DNA from: an uncultured delta proteobacterium
GTDB lineage: Bacteria > Myxococcota_A > Polyangia > Polyangiales > Polyangiaceae
NCBI GenBank assembly: GCA_963841435.1
Contig: CAWJCS010000004.1
Span: forward strand, 128,001 to 192,000
Direction: 5' to 3'
DNA length: 64,000 nucleotides
Shown here: positions 37,169 through 48,354 of the stretch, in pieces
Numbering within the stretch: the first letter of the stretch is position 1
Layout of the letters: every line of letters begins with the position of its first letter
Notes under the pieces: model-generated
Database searches by the model: none
Seen by the model: the letters and a program-made list of their open reading frames with translations, nothing else
Told to the model about the DNA's origin: nothing
Program-made: the position numbers and the translations under genes

Positions 37169-39535
37169 TCAGCGCCCGCCCGGCGACGCCGTCACGTAGA
37201 TCTCCAGGTTGCCGCGCCTTGCCGCGAAGCGAAAACGCGGCCCCGCCTGGACGGCCGCGTGGCACGGCCGCTCGATACCGACGAAGCGGGAGCTCGCGAG
37301 CGCGGCCGAGGGATCCGCGGGCAGTGGCTCGCCGTGCGGCGGCGGACCAGGGTGGAGGACCGGCAGACGCAGCTGGGAGAGGCGATAGACGCCGCTCGGA
37401 TAGGGCGTACCGCACGTGAACAGCGCCACGCGGGGGTCTTCTTCGTCGGCGCGGGGTGCCTGCCGCGGCAGCCGCGAAAGCGTGTAGCCGCCGAAGACCC
37501 GCTGATCCTCGGTATCGTGGAGCGCGTAGTCGAGAAAGGCGAAGTCGCTCGCGAGCGTGTCGCGGCCGAGCGCGTTGCCCGACCAGACGAGGTGCGTCAC
37601 GCCGAGCGCCTCGAGCTCCCGATGGATCCTTGCTGGCGTGCGGAGCACGCCGTAGCTGAAACGGCTCTCGTGCACGTCGGTCACCCAGTTGCGGTCGAGC
37701 CCCAGGATGGTGATCACGTCGTGCGCGAGGATGACGGCGTTCTTCGGCGTGGCCTTCCCGATGCTACCGAGCGGCTCGTAACGGACGAGGCGGTCCGGCT
37801 TCTTTTCGAAGCCTGTCGCGAGAAACGCCTCCGCGACGCGCAGCGGCGAGTCACCGATCAGGTTGTGGGTGCGGAAAAAGGGTACGTCTCCGCCCCACGT
37901 CACCTGCAGCGCCAAGAGAACGAGCAGCGGCCCGCGCGCGAGCCAGCCCGTTTCCCAGACCCGTGCAAGACAGGCGGCCATCGTTGCAGCCATCCAGGGC
38001 AGGACCGCCTGAAGGTAGCGATCGAAGTGGTGCAGCATGTACCAGGTGAAGATCGACAGCATGATGCAGGCGTGGGCAGCGAGCAAACGTCCCGGGCGCC
38101 GCAGAAACAGCAGGCAGGGTAGGGTGAGCGTGAACAACGAGCCGAAGATCGGCACGTCTCGGTGCAGGACGTACCAGTCGTTCGGCACGAACGAGAAGCT
38201 CACGGTGGTCTTCAACGCCTCGTAGAGGTCGGCTTTCGTCCACGACCCCGTGCGCATGAACGACTGCAACACGGCGAGTGGTCCTTCGGCGTCCGGATTC
38301 CACGGGTGCACATGGAGGGCACGGTGAAGGAACGGATAAACGGGATCTCCGAACCAGATCAGGTTTCTGAGCCAGAGCGGGGTGGTGACCGCAAGCCCCG
38401 CGGCCGTCAGCGTCAAAAGGCCCCGGAGCGCGTGACGGCGACCACGCGCGGCAAGCCAGACACCGCGCGCCCCCAGAACGACGACCGGGGGCGCCGCCAC
38501 GATCAGCGCCGTGAACTTCGTGAGAACCAGCGCGCCGAGACAGATCGCGACCAGCGCGGCGTTCACGGGGCGAAAGTCCCGGAAACAGCGGATGCTCGCG
38601 AGCGCTGTCGGGATCGCGAAGAACGCGGCCACGTGATCGGCGCCCGCGTGCAGATTCCCGTCGTAAAGGTAGATCGAAGGGAACGTGAGCAGCGCGAGCG
38701 CGCTGAGCGGCTGCCGAAGGCCGGGCGCGAGACGGCGCGCGAGCAATGGCACTTGCGCGAGAGTCGCGAGGAAAAGGACGAGCTCCAGGTGCAGGCAGAT
38801 CTCGAGGCGATCGAACAGGAGCACGTTGGGCGTCAGAAAGGCCCACGTGTAGAGGTAGCTCGCCAGGTGCGGATTCGCCTGCTGCCAGAAGCCTTCCTCG
38901 AAGCGCCCCGTCGACCCCGTGAGCGCGTAGCGCTGAGCGATGGGCAGATGGTACCAACGCTCGTCGAAGCCGATCGTATCCGGGGTCAGGATCTGCGCGT
39001 AGATGAGCCCGACCCCGAGCACTGCCAGCGCCCAGGGCGCGAGACTCCAGAGCGGCAGGCTGATCTCGAGCTTTTTGACACGACGAACGATGCGGGGAAG
39101 ATCGCGAGCCGTGCGCCGCCAACCGGCCGCGACGAGCAGCGCCGGAATGGCGACGAAGCCAGCGACCCCGAGCAGGTGCAGCTGCCCCAGGAAAAACACC
39201 AGGAGGCCGAACGAAAGCACCCCGACGGCCGATGCCAGCGCGAGCTCTTCGCGCTTCGGCAGGCTCCGCACGCCGACCCATGCGAGCAGCCCATACCCGC
39301 CGATCAGGCTCGACCCGAAAAACACCAGCGAAAGAAGCCAGGCCAGCGCGTAGCGAAAGAACAACCAGTCCTTGAGCGGGTAGTGCTGATTGACGAGGTG
39401 CGCAAAAAGCAACACGGCGCCGCCGAGCACGACCGCCAGCCCGACCGTTCGTACGCGCAGCCACGGCTCACCCCGACCCGTGAACGAGTCGCGCGCCGTC
39501 TCGGTGCGGATCTCCACCCCCGAGCGTGCCATCAT
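37169..39535 (-). CDS. Multi-TM GT-C-fold (ArnT/PMT-like) membrane protein
   Basis: More than 12 TM segments; FDERWYHLP loop, LTKFT, WLRNLIWFGDPVYPF, RYL, C-terminal soluble domain. Confidence 0.65.
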   Translation of the reverse strand: MMARSGVEIRTETARDSFTGRGEPWLRVRTVGLAVVLGGAVLLFAHLVNQHYPLKDWLFFRYALAWLLSLVFFGSSLIGGYGLLAWVGVRSLPKREELALASAVGVLSFGLLVFFLGQLHLLGVAGFVAIPALLVAAGWRRTARDLPRIVRRVKKLEISLPLWSLAPWALAVLGVGLIYAQILTPDTIGFDERWYHLPIAQRYALTGSTGRFEEGFWQQANPHLASYLYTWAFLTPNVLLFDRLEICLHLELVLFLATLAQVPLLARRLAPGLRQPLSALALLTFPSIYLYDGNLHAGADHVAAFFAIPTALASIRCFRDFRPVNAALVAICLGALVLTKFTALIVAAPPVVVLGARGVWLAARGRRHALRGLLTLTAAGLAVTTPLWLRNLIWFGDPVYPFLHRALHVHPWNPDAEGPLAVLQSFMRTGSWTKADLYEALKTTVSFSFVPNDWYVLHRDVPIFGSLFTLTLPCLLFLRRPGRLLAAHACIMLSIFTWYMLHHFDRYLQAVLPWMAATMAACLARVWETGWLARGPLLVLLALQVTWGGDVPFFRTHNLIGDSPLRVAEAFLATGFEKKPDRLVRYEPLGSIGKATPKNAVILAHDVITILGLDRNWVTDVHESRFSYGVLRTPARIHRELEALGVTHLVWSGNALGRDTLASDFAFLDYALHDTEDQRVFGGYTLSRLPRQAPRADEEDPRVALFTCGTPYPSGVYRLSQLRLPVLHPGPPPHGEPLPADPSAALASSRFVGIERPCHAAVQAGPRFRFAARRGNLEIYVTASPGGR

Positions 39536-39680
39536 GTGCCACGGGCGCTGCCCGTCTCCCTTGCCGCGACACGCACGTCACCCCGCGCACCGTCCGCGAC
39601 AGCCCTGGTCCCGACCACCCGCACCATGCTTGCGGTTTAGCAATTGCCGTGCCTCCCTCGCGCACGAGGGCCGGAGGGTG

Positions 39681-40064
39681 TCAGGCGATCGCCGGCGTTT
39701 CCTGCAAGCGACGCCAGGAAAAATACGACAGCGCCCAGAGCACGCCCGTGGCCGCCGCCCAGCCCCAAGCCTCCACGCCGTCGCCCACCGAGAGGTGGGC
39801 GACGAGCGCAGAGCCGAGGTCGAAGGCGAAGCCGGCGTAGGCCCACTCCTTGAGCCGCGCCGGCAGCGGTGCCACGAGCAGCAGCACGCCGAGGAGCTTG
39901 GCCCACGACAACTCCGTCCGGAAGTACGCCGGGAAGCCGAGGTGGGTGAACGCGTCGGCCACCTGCGGCAGGCAAAGCTGTGCATAGGCGGTGAAGCCTA
40001 TCTGCAAGCAAAAGAGTGCGGTGGCGACCCAGAAGCCGATGACGATTGCTTTGGAGCGCGACAT
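39681..40064 (-). CDS. DoxX family membrane protein
   Basis: FTHLGFPAYF..AKLLG..RLKEWAYAGF..SALVAH..GD. Confidence 0.9.
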   Translation of the reverse strand: MSRSKAIVIGFWVATALFCLQIGFTAYAQLCLPQVADAFTHLGFPAYFRTELSWAKLLGVLLLVAPLPARLKEWAYAGFAFDLGSALVAHLSVGDGVEAWGWAAATGVLWALSYFSWRRLQETPAIA

Positions 40065-40066
40065 CT

Positions 40067-40630
40067 TCAGCTCGCGCCGGAAGTCCAAGTGGGCATCTCG
40101 ACGCCAAACTGCTTGGCGTACTCGGCGTGCAAGCGCTGCCAGCCGCCGAACTTCATGGCGTCGGGACCGACGATGCGTCCGATGGGATGGCCGGCGAGGA
40201 GCCGTTCCAGCACGTCGAAGCAGATGTGCCAGCCCGCAGCGCCCATCGCAATGAAGCGACGGTCGATGTTGGTCCAAAGCGTGAGCCGCGTGTCGCCGCT
40301 TCCCAGCGGCTCGAGCTCCCAGCGCATGTCGAAATCACCCCAGGTATATTCGAGCGCCTTCGGCTCGTCGGCCCGCTTCACGCTGGTCTCGGTGACATGC
40401 GGCGTCGGCGCACCGACGGACGAGAGCTTGGCGGTGCCGACACGACCGAGGCTCCGGTCAGCATCGAACGGAGCCCATTGTCGCAGATGCTCGGGGTCGG
40501 TGAGCGCTTGCCATACTTTGGTAGGCGGGTGGGAGAGGTTGCGGACGAGCACGAGCGTCCACTTCTCGCCGTCTTTTTGGACTTCGGCGCCGGAAGCGGC
40601 ACCCGGCTCGTATTGCTCGCGGTCACTCAT
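40067..40630 (-). CDS. SRPBCC/AHSA1-like domain protein
   Basis: LVRNLSHPPTKVWQALTDPEHLRQWAPF, LEYTWG, GAAGWHICFD. Confidence 0.9.
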   Translation of the reverse strand: MSDREQYEPGAASGAEVQKDGEKWTLVLVRNLSHPPTKVWQALTDPEHLRQWAPFDADRSLGRVGTAKLSSVGAPTPHVTETSVKRADEPKALEYTWGDFDMRWELEPLGSGDTRLTLWTNIDRRFIAMGAAGWHICFDVLERLLAGHPIGRIVGPDAMKFGGWQRLHAEYAKQFGVEMPTWTSGAS

Positions 40631-40962
40631 TTTTTCTTTCCTTTCACGGCAGGCACCATCTCCATCTTGTTCAGGTGTTGTTCGAGCGCATCGACGTGCT
40701 TGGACCAGAAGCGCCGGAAGGGGACGAGCCACGCATCGAGCTCCATGAGCGGCTCCGGCCTCAGTCGATAGAGCCGCCGCTGCGCTTCGATGCGCGCCTC
40801 CACGAACCCAGCCTCGCGCAGGACCCTGAGGTGCTTGGAGACGGACGGCTGCGACAGCCGAAGCTCGCGCTCGAGCTCGCCGACGGAGCGCTCCGACGAG
40901 AGCAAGAGGCCCAAGATGGCCCGCCTATTTGGCTCCGCGACGATGGCAAACGACGACTCCAC
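40627..40962 (-). CDS. ArsR/SmtB family regulator
   Basis: AEPNRRAIL, SQPSVSKHLRVLREAGFV, RRLYRL; ATGA overlap with the SRPBCC gene; GTG start. Confidence 0.9.
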   Translation of the reverse strand: MESSFAIVAEPNRRAILGLLLSSERSVGELERELRLSQPSVSKHLRVLREAGFVEARIEAQRRLYRLRPEPLMELDAWLVPFRRFWSKHVDALEQHLNKMEMVPAVKGKKK

Positions 40963-40968
40963 GGTCTG

Positions 40969-40998
40969 TATATATCCATATAGGTATATGTCTGTCAA
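40969..40998 (-). promoter_or_regulatory. Sigma70-type promoter (TTGACA / TATATA) containing an imperfect ArsR operator palindrome
   Basis: TTGACA at 40998-40993; AT-rich -10 at ~40974-40969; ATATATCCATATAGGTATAT (40970-40989) is 16/20 self-complementary. Confidence 0.75.
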
Positions 40999-41409
40999 GT
41001 AATATTGTGCCGCCCAGGGAGCGTTCCGGATGCCGTGCATCGCCTGCTGGATGAGTGCGTCGTGACGCTTGCAGCGGCCGTCGTCGTCGAGCACGCCTGC
41101 GATTCACCCGGTGGAGGCGCAGTCGAGCGTTTCGCGTGACTCGCAGGTCGCCGAGTAAGCGTTCGACTCGCGGCGAGTCCCCGTCCGAGCGGATCACGAT
41201 GGAGCCCGTCCGACTCGAGCAGGGTCAGGAGGTTGCGTTCCCCCCGCGGTTCTTGCGCGTTGGCAGGGCGAAGCGTTCGGGATGTTCCGCCGATTCCCGC
41301 TCGCCCTCGGCGCCGTTGCGGAAATGACGCCGTCGGGCGTGAATCTAGTCTGGATCCACGTTGCCAACGCGTCGCCGGGGCGCGAGGATGCCCCTCTACT
41401 CGTCCCTCC

Positions 41410-44400
41410 ATGCCGCCCGCGCACCAGCTTCGCTTCGCCAAGGCACCCAGGCCGGGTGACCGCGTGGGCCCCTACCGGCTAGGGGCGCCGCTGGGAGAGG
41501 GCGGCGTTGCCCTGGTATTCCGGGGCACCCACGAGCAGACCGGCGCCGTCGTCGCGATCAAGACAGTGCGGGCTCCTCGGGAGCGGCTCCTCGCCAGCGT
41601 GCGCCGCGAGATCCAGTCTCTGAAGCGCATCCAGCACCCTGGTGTCATTTCCATTCTCGAAGGCGGGGTGGAAGACGGTCGCCCCTGGTACGCCATGGAG
41701 CTCCTGGAGGGCGCGACGCTGCGAAAATACCTCGGGATACCGGCGAGCACGCGGATTTCGGCCACGGTCTCGGTGATCTCGGGACAGTCCGAAACGCGCC
41801 TCGGGGCCACCGAGGACCACACCACCGGCGAAACGCCACGCCACTCCGCGCCTCCGAGCCTTCGTTCCCGCGTCGGGCGCGTGCCATGGCTGCTCGGGCT
41901 GGTCCGCGAGCTGTGCGAGCCGCTCGCGTTCATCCATGGTGAAGGTATCGTCCACCGGGATCTGACGCCGAGCAACGTGTTCGTCCGTTCCGACGGTCGC
42001 CCGGTGCTCATGGACTTCGGTCTGGTGTGGCAGCTCACGGACGAAAGTCGCGAGGTGCTTTCCGTGGACATGGTTCAGGCCGGCACGATCTCTTACATGG
42101 CGCCCGAACAGGCGCGCGGCGAGCGACTCGACGCGCGCGCCGACCTCTTTGCGCTCGGGTGCATTCTGTACGAGGTGCTCACCGGCGACGTGCCCTACCC
42201 CGTGAGCAGCTGGCGCGAGCTGATCGATGCCCACGACGGGCCTCAGCCCTTGCCGCCCTCGGCCGTGGCCGATGGCGTCCCGCCCGGTTTGGACGACCTG
42301 GTCCTCGGCCTCTTGCGGCGGCACCCGCGTGATCGCATCGGTCACGCGAGCGACGTGGCAGCGGCACTCGCGGATCTGGGTGCCTCGGACACGCGGACTT
42401 ATGCCGCCCCGCGGGCGAAGGCGTACCTCTATCGCCCCGAGCTGGTCGGTCGCAGTGAGCCGCTTCGACAGGCGCTCGTTTCAGTGGCCGCGCTTTTGCG
42501 CGGCGAGGGCGGCCTCATGCTGGTCTCGGGCACGAGCGGCATCGGCAAGACCACGTTCGTCTCGGAGCTGGCTCGGCAGGTGCAGCTCGCACAGCACGCC
42601 GTCGTCGTCGGCCAGTGCGTGGCCGTCGGTGTTGCTGGGGGGCGCGGCCTCCGCCAAGGTGGCCCACTGTACCCGCTCGCCCCGTTGCTTCAGGCAGTCG
42701 GTGACCGCTGCGTCTCGGGCGACCGGGAACGAACCGACCGCTTGCTGGGCCCACGGGGCAAGATCCTCGCGACCGTCGAACCGTGGCTGCGCTCGCTGTC
42801 GGCGCTCGCACCGTATCCGGACCCCCCCGAGATACCCGGCGAAGCGGCGCGGCGCCGCTTGATCGATGCGCTGGCAGAAACTCTGTCTGCGTTCGCGGCC
42901 GAACAGTCCACGTTGCTCGTGCTCGAGGACATCCAGTGGGCGGACGATCTCACGCTCGCGTTTCTGAGCTCGCTTTCTGCGCGCTTCTACCGAGACAACC
43001 CGGTCCTGATCGTGGCAACCGTCCGCTCGGAGGAGGTGGGCCCGGCGCTCGACCACTTGTTCGCCTCCCCCCAGACTTCGACGGTCCGGCTCTCTCGCCT
43101 CGACACGACCGCCGTCGAGGAGATGGGAGCAGAGATGCTCGGGCAGAAGCTGCTCCCGCCCGGGCTGGCAGTCCTCCTCGCCGCGGAGTCGTCGGGCAAC
43201 CCGTTCTTCGTCGCCGAGTATCTGCGTGCCGCGGTGGACGCGCGCTTGCTGTTTCGCGACGAGCGGGGTCGCTGGCAGCCCGAAGCCGGCAGATCGTTCG
43301 AGGCGCTCGGGCTTCCGCGGACGCTCGAGTCCCTCGTCCTGCGCCGCATCGAGGATCTCGCCGGCGTCGCTCGAACGTCTGGCGGAAGTTGCTTCGGTGC
43401 TGGGGCGGCGGGTGGAGCTCGATGTCCTGATAAAGCTCGCGCAAAGCGTCAACGTCCTCGCTGGCGAGGGCAGCCTGGAGGAGGCGCTGGAGCCGCTGCT
43501 CCAGCGTGAGATCCTCGAATCGGACACGGCCGGTTCCGTCCGCTTCTCGCACGACAAGTTGCGCGAGATCATCTACGAGAGCCTATCGCCCGTGCAGCGA
43601 CGGAAGCTGCACGCCGCGAGCGCCGCCGTCCTGGAGCAGGAGCACCGAGCGCCGGGGGCACTCCAGCGGGCTGCGGCCGTGCTTGCGCACCATTTGGAGC
43701 AGGCGGAAGAATTCGAGCGCGCGACGGACTTTTACGACATGGCCGGCGCCTACGCGCATTCGGTGCACGCCAACGAGGAGGCCCGTCGTCTGCTCGAGCG
43801 AGCGCGGAGCCTCTCGACTGGGCTCGAGCACGCGCCGAGCGCACTCGTGGGTGCCCGGCGCGAACGCCTACTCGGGTTGAGCGCGCTCGCGATGGGCGAC
43901 ATCAATGGCGCCCTGTCTCACCTGACCGAAGCCGTCGGCGTCGCCGGGCGCCCTTGGCCTCGCTCGAAAGCGAGCTCCGTGTCCCGCTCGCTGGTCGGTT
44001 TCGTGCGAGAGATGGGCAAGCGATGGACCGCACGCGCGGAGCCGCCCTTGCTGCCCGGCGAGGAGCGTGAGCTCTTGCTGGAGGCCGCTCGCGGCTACGA
44101 GCGTCTGCTCGTCGTGCACTACTTCGCAACGGGCGACATGCTCGCGGTCGTGCTCGCGGCCTTCACCAACGTCGGCCTTGCCGAGCGAGCGGGCGGGGCG
44201 TCGGCGGAGCGCGCGCTCGGATACGCCACGCTCGCGGCGATGTTCGCGCTCGCGCGGCTCGATTCCCGCGCCCAGTCGTACGGCACGCGCGCCCTGGAGA
44301 CCGGGCGCGATAGCGGCGACGAAGTGGCCCTCACGTGGGTGAAGATGAACGTCGCCCTCGTTCACCTGCAGGCGGGCCGCTGGCTCGAGATGCGAGGCCT

Positions 44401-45235
44401 GCTCGAAGAGGTGCGCGACTCGTCGGCACGTATGGGATTCGCTCGCCGCTGGGAGGAAGCGACCAGCCAGTTCAGCACGGGACTTCTCTTGAATGGCCGC
44501 TTGGAGGAGAGCAAATCGCTCAACGACGAGCTCTTGGGTCGCATCGAGCGCGCCGACCCTCAGAGTCGGTGCTGGGCCGAGGTGCGCGAGGCGGAGCTCA
44601 GGCTGCTCCAGGACGAATTCTCGGGCGCGCTCACGGCAGCGCGGGCTGGCGCCAACGTCTGTCGGCAGGGTCTCGGCCGCGCCGAGTGGATCTTCGCGCT
44701 CGGGACGCTCGCGATAGCCGAGCTTCGCTCCGGAAACCGCCCGGCCGCCCGGGCCGCTGCCGACCAGTGCCTGGACTGGATCCGGCGGGGAAACGCGCCG
44801 GTATTTTATCATGTCTTTCCGTACGCAGCGCTCGCCGAAACGTACCTCTCGCTTCATGCCGCGGCGACCGACCGCTCGGAGCGCGCCGAGCTCGTGCGTT
44901 GCGTGCGCCGCACCATGGCGGCGTTCCGTGCGATCGCGAGCGCCATCGCCGTCGCCGCGCCGCGCGAAAGGCTCTTCCAGGGATTCGCGGCGCTCCGCTT
45001 GGACGGCTCGCGGAGGCGCGCGCGAGGCTTCTTTGCTGCCGCACTGGAGGCCGCGCGTCGGCGTGACATGCCTTACGACGAAGCGCTCGCGCTGACGGCA
45101 CTTTCGGAGGCAGAGCCAACGAGCGCCGCGCGCCGCGCGCACCTCGAGCAAGCGGCCGCCCTGTTCGCTCGGATTGGCGCCACGAGCGACCGAAGCCGCG
45201 TCCAGGCGCTGCTCGCCGGTGACGCTGCCAGCTAG
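41410..45235 (+). CDS. Ser/Thr protein kinase + AAA/STAND-like ATPase + TPR-like domain, split by a frameshift at ~43375
   Basis: GEGGVA, VAIK, HRDLTPSN, DFG, YMAPEQ; Walker A GTSGIGKT, Walker B LVLEDIQWAD, GNPFF; continues AEVASVLGR, FSHDKLRE in the next frame. Confidence 0.88.
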
Positions 45236-48200
45236 ACCTTGAAGAGGTCCATCAGCTTTCCCACTCGTGTGAGAAGCCCCTTCATGTCGTCGAAGAGCGG
45301 GCCGGGCAGGGCACCGCCGAGCTTGCCCACCGAGTCCCTCGCCTGCTTGTAGCGCTCCCCGATGTCCTGGTCGTAGCCCACTCCGAGTTCCTTGACGAGC
45401 GAGGCGTCGAGCGTGGCGACCATAGAGCCGAGGAACTCGCGCATCGGCTGTTCGCCACCGTAGAGCTCCATGGCGTCGAGGGCGTGCTCGAGCTTGCGGT
45501 CGAAGTCCAGGATGTCCAAGAAGTGGCCGAGCTCCAGACCCATGAGGCGGCAATCCACGCGCTTCATGAAGTCGAGGTCCTCGTGCTCTTCCTGCTCCGG
45601 ATCCCAGATATCGGGCGGGTCGTAAGGCCGGTAGCTCGACGCACCGTTGTAGGTCTTGTTGCGAAGGTTCTCGATCTGGAGGCGGCCCTCCTCGAGAACG
45701 GCCGTCGCGGGCTTTTCGCTGTCGTCCTCGCCGAGCCGATCGAGAATCGCTCGGACCGCGTGCCGCGCCGACTCGTTGGCGGCTTCCATCGTGGTCATGC
45801 GCGTGTGCGTCGCCATGAAAGTGCCGCACACGACCCAGCGTGTGGCGTTGATCGAGTAGGCGATCTCGGCGTCGCCCACGGCGTCAACGCGAGGAGTGCG
45901 CCCCGGACGGTGCTCGTCGAGCCCCTTGACCGAACCGAGGAACTTCGTCGCGTTCCCTTCCTCGGTGATGGCACGGTCGAGGTGGAAGCAGCGCGGCTCT
46001 GCCATGCGATCGTGCGGGCCGATCAGCTCGGTGAGCTGATTCCACACGGTGCGCGCCACTCCGAGGCGCCGATAGCCGAGATTCTCTGCGCCCGTTAGGT
46101 CTCCCGATTCTCCCAGCTTGACGACGGACCAGAAGCTGCCCGGTTTGGGCTTGTCGGAATACTTGGCGTCGCAAATGTCAACCGACAGGACTCCGGCGTA
46201 GCCGTCGGCGAACCGCCCGCGCGTCAACCAAAACTCGGATTGGGAGATCGACGAGAGGCCCCAGTCCGAATAGGGAAAGTACATGTGCCCCTTTCCGATG
46301 CTGGTCTTGGCGTCGAAGAAGAACTGGATGCCGGTCATGTCCTTCATGGCATCGTGCTTCACGGCTTCGTCATGAAACTTGGGGATTGCGGCAAAATCGT
46401 GGGCACGCCGCGCGTCGCGCTTGAGAGGCTCGAGGAGCTCCGCGGTACGCTCGAGGCTCAACGCGAGGACGTAGAAGTCTGGCTGTAGCGCGGAATGCGG
46501 ATTTTCATGCGTGAGTAGCTGGTACGAGTTTTGCGCGTAGGTCACCTTGGCGTCGATCGGCTCGCCGTTCAGACGGACGATTTTCGGCACTAGCTCGCTA
46601 CCCCTCGGCTCGAGCGCGTCGAGCTTGAGGCAAAAAAACCGAACACCTTGTGACTCGAGATACTCCCGCCACGGTTCGAGCCAGGCGTCGCTCGTCGGGC
46701 CGTTGAGCGTACGATCGACGCGCGTCCCGTCCTTGAGCTGGTCGAAGAGCATCTGCAGGGCGATGTTGCCGTAGGTTCGCGCGTCAACCTCGTCAACCGA
46801 AAAAGCGAGCAGCGCCTGGGCTGCCGACTTGATTTGGGCCTGCATCGGCTTGGAGAACTTCCCCACGTCGATGAAGTCCTGCCACGATTCGTCCTCGTAC
46901 TTGGCGCGGCGGCGTTCAGAGCTCGAGGTCATGTAGCGGAGCAGCTTGGCGAAGAGCAACAACGCGTCACGCTGGGTCCCTCCCAGTCGCCTGACGAAAC
47001 GGTCGCTCGAATCCCTGAGGCCCTCCCAGCCGCGCGGGCGCTCGCGCGCAATCTCGACGACGATGGGCGGCTCCGCGGGTCCCTTGCCGGAGCCGGGGCG
47101 CGCACGCCGCTTCTGGGGGTAGAGCGCGGGCTCCGCATCGTCCCAGGGCACCTTGACCCCGCGCGCTCTCTGTTGGTCACGCGTGAACGCGATGCCCTGA
47201 AAGACCGTGGGGCGCAGGTTATCGAACACCGTACGCTGGCCGTCCTGGCCGCCGTCGATGATCGGAATGCGCTTCATCGTATCGTCGAGGTGACGATAGA
47301 AGGAGGGGAAGAACCGGTAGCCGTGCTCGCCCGGCAGGCGCTGCTCGATCACGTCGATTTTGAGCCAGCCATCGGGTTCGCCGGGCAGCCGCGCCGAGCC
47401 CGTACCGCGCGCGACGAATTGCGTGTCGCCGGGGTCCTTCGCGAGGGAAGCGCCAAGCGCGTCGTTCAGGAACTGGCTCCACTCTTCCAGGCGCGTGTCC
47501 GCTATCGAGCTCGCGTCGGCGACACCCGTAACGGCGTACGGCACGAGCCGGAAGTACAGAAACTCGCGCTCGAACGCAGGGATGACGAGCGCCTTTACCT
47601 GTTTTTCCAGATCGGCCCGCGATGGCAAGTGCTCCGCGGCATCCGGGGAAGCGTCGAGTAGGGCGTTGAGCAAGGCGAGCGCCAGCTGGTCGTTCGTGCT
47701 CTTGACGAGCTTCTTGTGCTCGGCGAGCGCCGCCTCGAGCTGCTGCGCGGGGGGCAGCGGCTTTCGGCGTTTCTTGAAGCGCAAGAAGCCGAGCTGGGCC
47801 CCGCGACAGACGAGGTCCCAGAGCCAGCGCTCGCGGTACTGCTCGCGCGCGGCCAGCAGGGCGTCAACCATCGGCTGGCCGAACGTTTCGGGGTCGGAAT
47901 AGAGGATCTGGTGGAAGCGACTCGGCTCCTCGGTGGAAAGCCAGCGACTGCGGTTGAACGTGAAGAGCTCGACGAGCCAGCGAGCCACCTTGTTCGCCGA
48001 CCCGTTGGCGTAGTCGAGAGCCAGGCTGATGAGCTCGGGGTGGACATCCTCGACATTGGCGCGCACCCGTGCCGGTTGATTGGCCGCCATGCCGCCCACC
48101 AGCGGACGTCCAGGATTGAACGGGTCTTCTGCGGCCTCCAACACTTGCACGATGAATCCGCGTTCGACCAGCTCGTGGGCCACCGTCAATCCCCCAACCC

Positions 48201-48354
48201 CCGCGCCGAAGATCGTCACGATCGGTGGATTGAGCGCGTGCTTGTAGGGCAAACGCGCTTCCGGCCGCAGGCTCCTGCCCTGTTGGTCCTTCAGAAAATC
48301 GCGAGGATTGGGCGCTAGCTCGATCGCGCGTCTTTCATTTCTCGGTCGGCCCAT
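45232..48354 (-). CDS. FAD-dependent oxidoreductase (carotenoid desaturase/CrtU/HpnE superfamily) with ~245-aa insertion
   Basis: GAGVGGLTVAHELVERG, GGMA, PGEHGYRFFPSFY, LNGPTSDAWLEPW..L...GV.F, MTGIQFF, TMEAANESARHAV. Confidence 0.8.
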   Translation of the reverse strand: MGRPRNERRAIELAPNPRDFLKDQQGRSLRPEARLPYKHALNPPIVTIFGAGVGGLTVAHELVERGFIVQVLEAAEDPFNPGRPLVGGMAANQPARVRANVEDVHPELISLALDYANGSANKVARWLVELFTFNRSRWLSTEEPSRFHQILYSDPETFGQPMVDALLAAREQYRERWLWDLVCRGAQLGFLRFKKRRKPLPPAQQLEAALAEHKKLVKSTNDQLALALLNALLDASPDAAEHLPSRADLEKQVKALVIPAFEREFLYFRLVPYAVTGVADASSIADTRLEEWSQFLNDALGASLAKDPGDTQFVARGTGSARLPGEPDGWLKIDVIEQRLPGEHGYRFFPSFYRHLDDTMKRIPIIDGGQDGQRTVFDNLRPTVFQGIAFTRDQQRARGVKVPWDDAEPALYPQKRRARPGSGKGPAEPPIVVEIARERPRGWEGLRDSSDRFVRRLGGTQRDALLLFAKLLRYMTSSSERRRAKYEDESWQDFIDVGKFSKPMQAQIKSAAQALLAFSVDEVDARTYGNIALQMLFDQLKDGTRVDRTLNGPTSDAWLEPWREYLESQGVRFFCLKLDALEPRGSELVPKIVRLNGEPIDAKVTYAQNSYQLLTHENPHSALQPDFYVLALSLERTAELLEPLKRDARRAHDFAAIPKFHDEAVKHDAMKDMTGIQFFFDAKTSIGKGHMYFPYSDWGLSSISQSEFWLTRGRFADGYAGVLSVDICDAKYSDKPKPGSFWSVVKLGESGDLTGAENLGYRRLGVARTVWNQLTELIGPHDRMAEPRCFHLDRAITEEGNATKFLGSVKGLDEHRPGRTPRVDAVGDAEIAYSINATRWVVCGTFMATHTRMTTMEAANESARHAVRAILDRLGEDDSEKPATAVLEEGRLQIENLRNKTYNGASSYRPYDPPDIWDPEQEEHEDLDFMKRVDCRLMGLELGHFLDILDFDRKLEHALDAMELYGGEQPMREFLGSMVATLDASLVKELGVGYDQDIGERYKQARDSVGKLGGALPGPLFDDMKGLLTRVGKLMDLFKV

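Noticed and set aside
47341-48079. Intein or mobile element as the source of the oxidoreductase insertion
   Set aside because: No splice-junction residues, LAGLIDADG motifs, transposase motifs or terminal repeats were seen.
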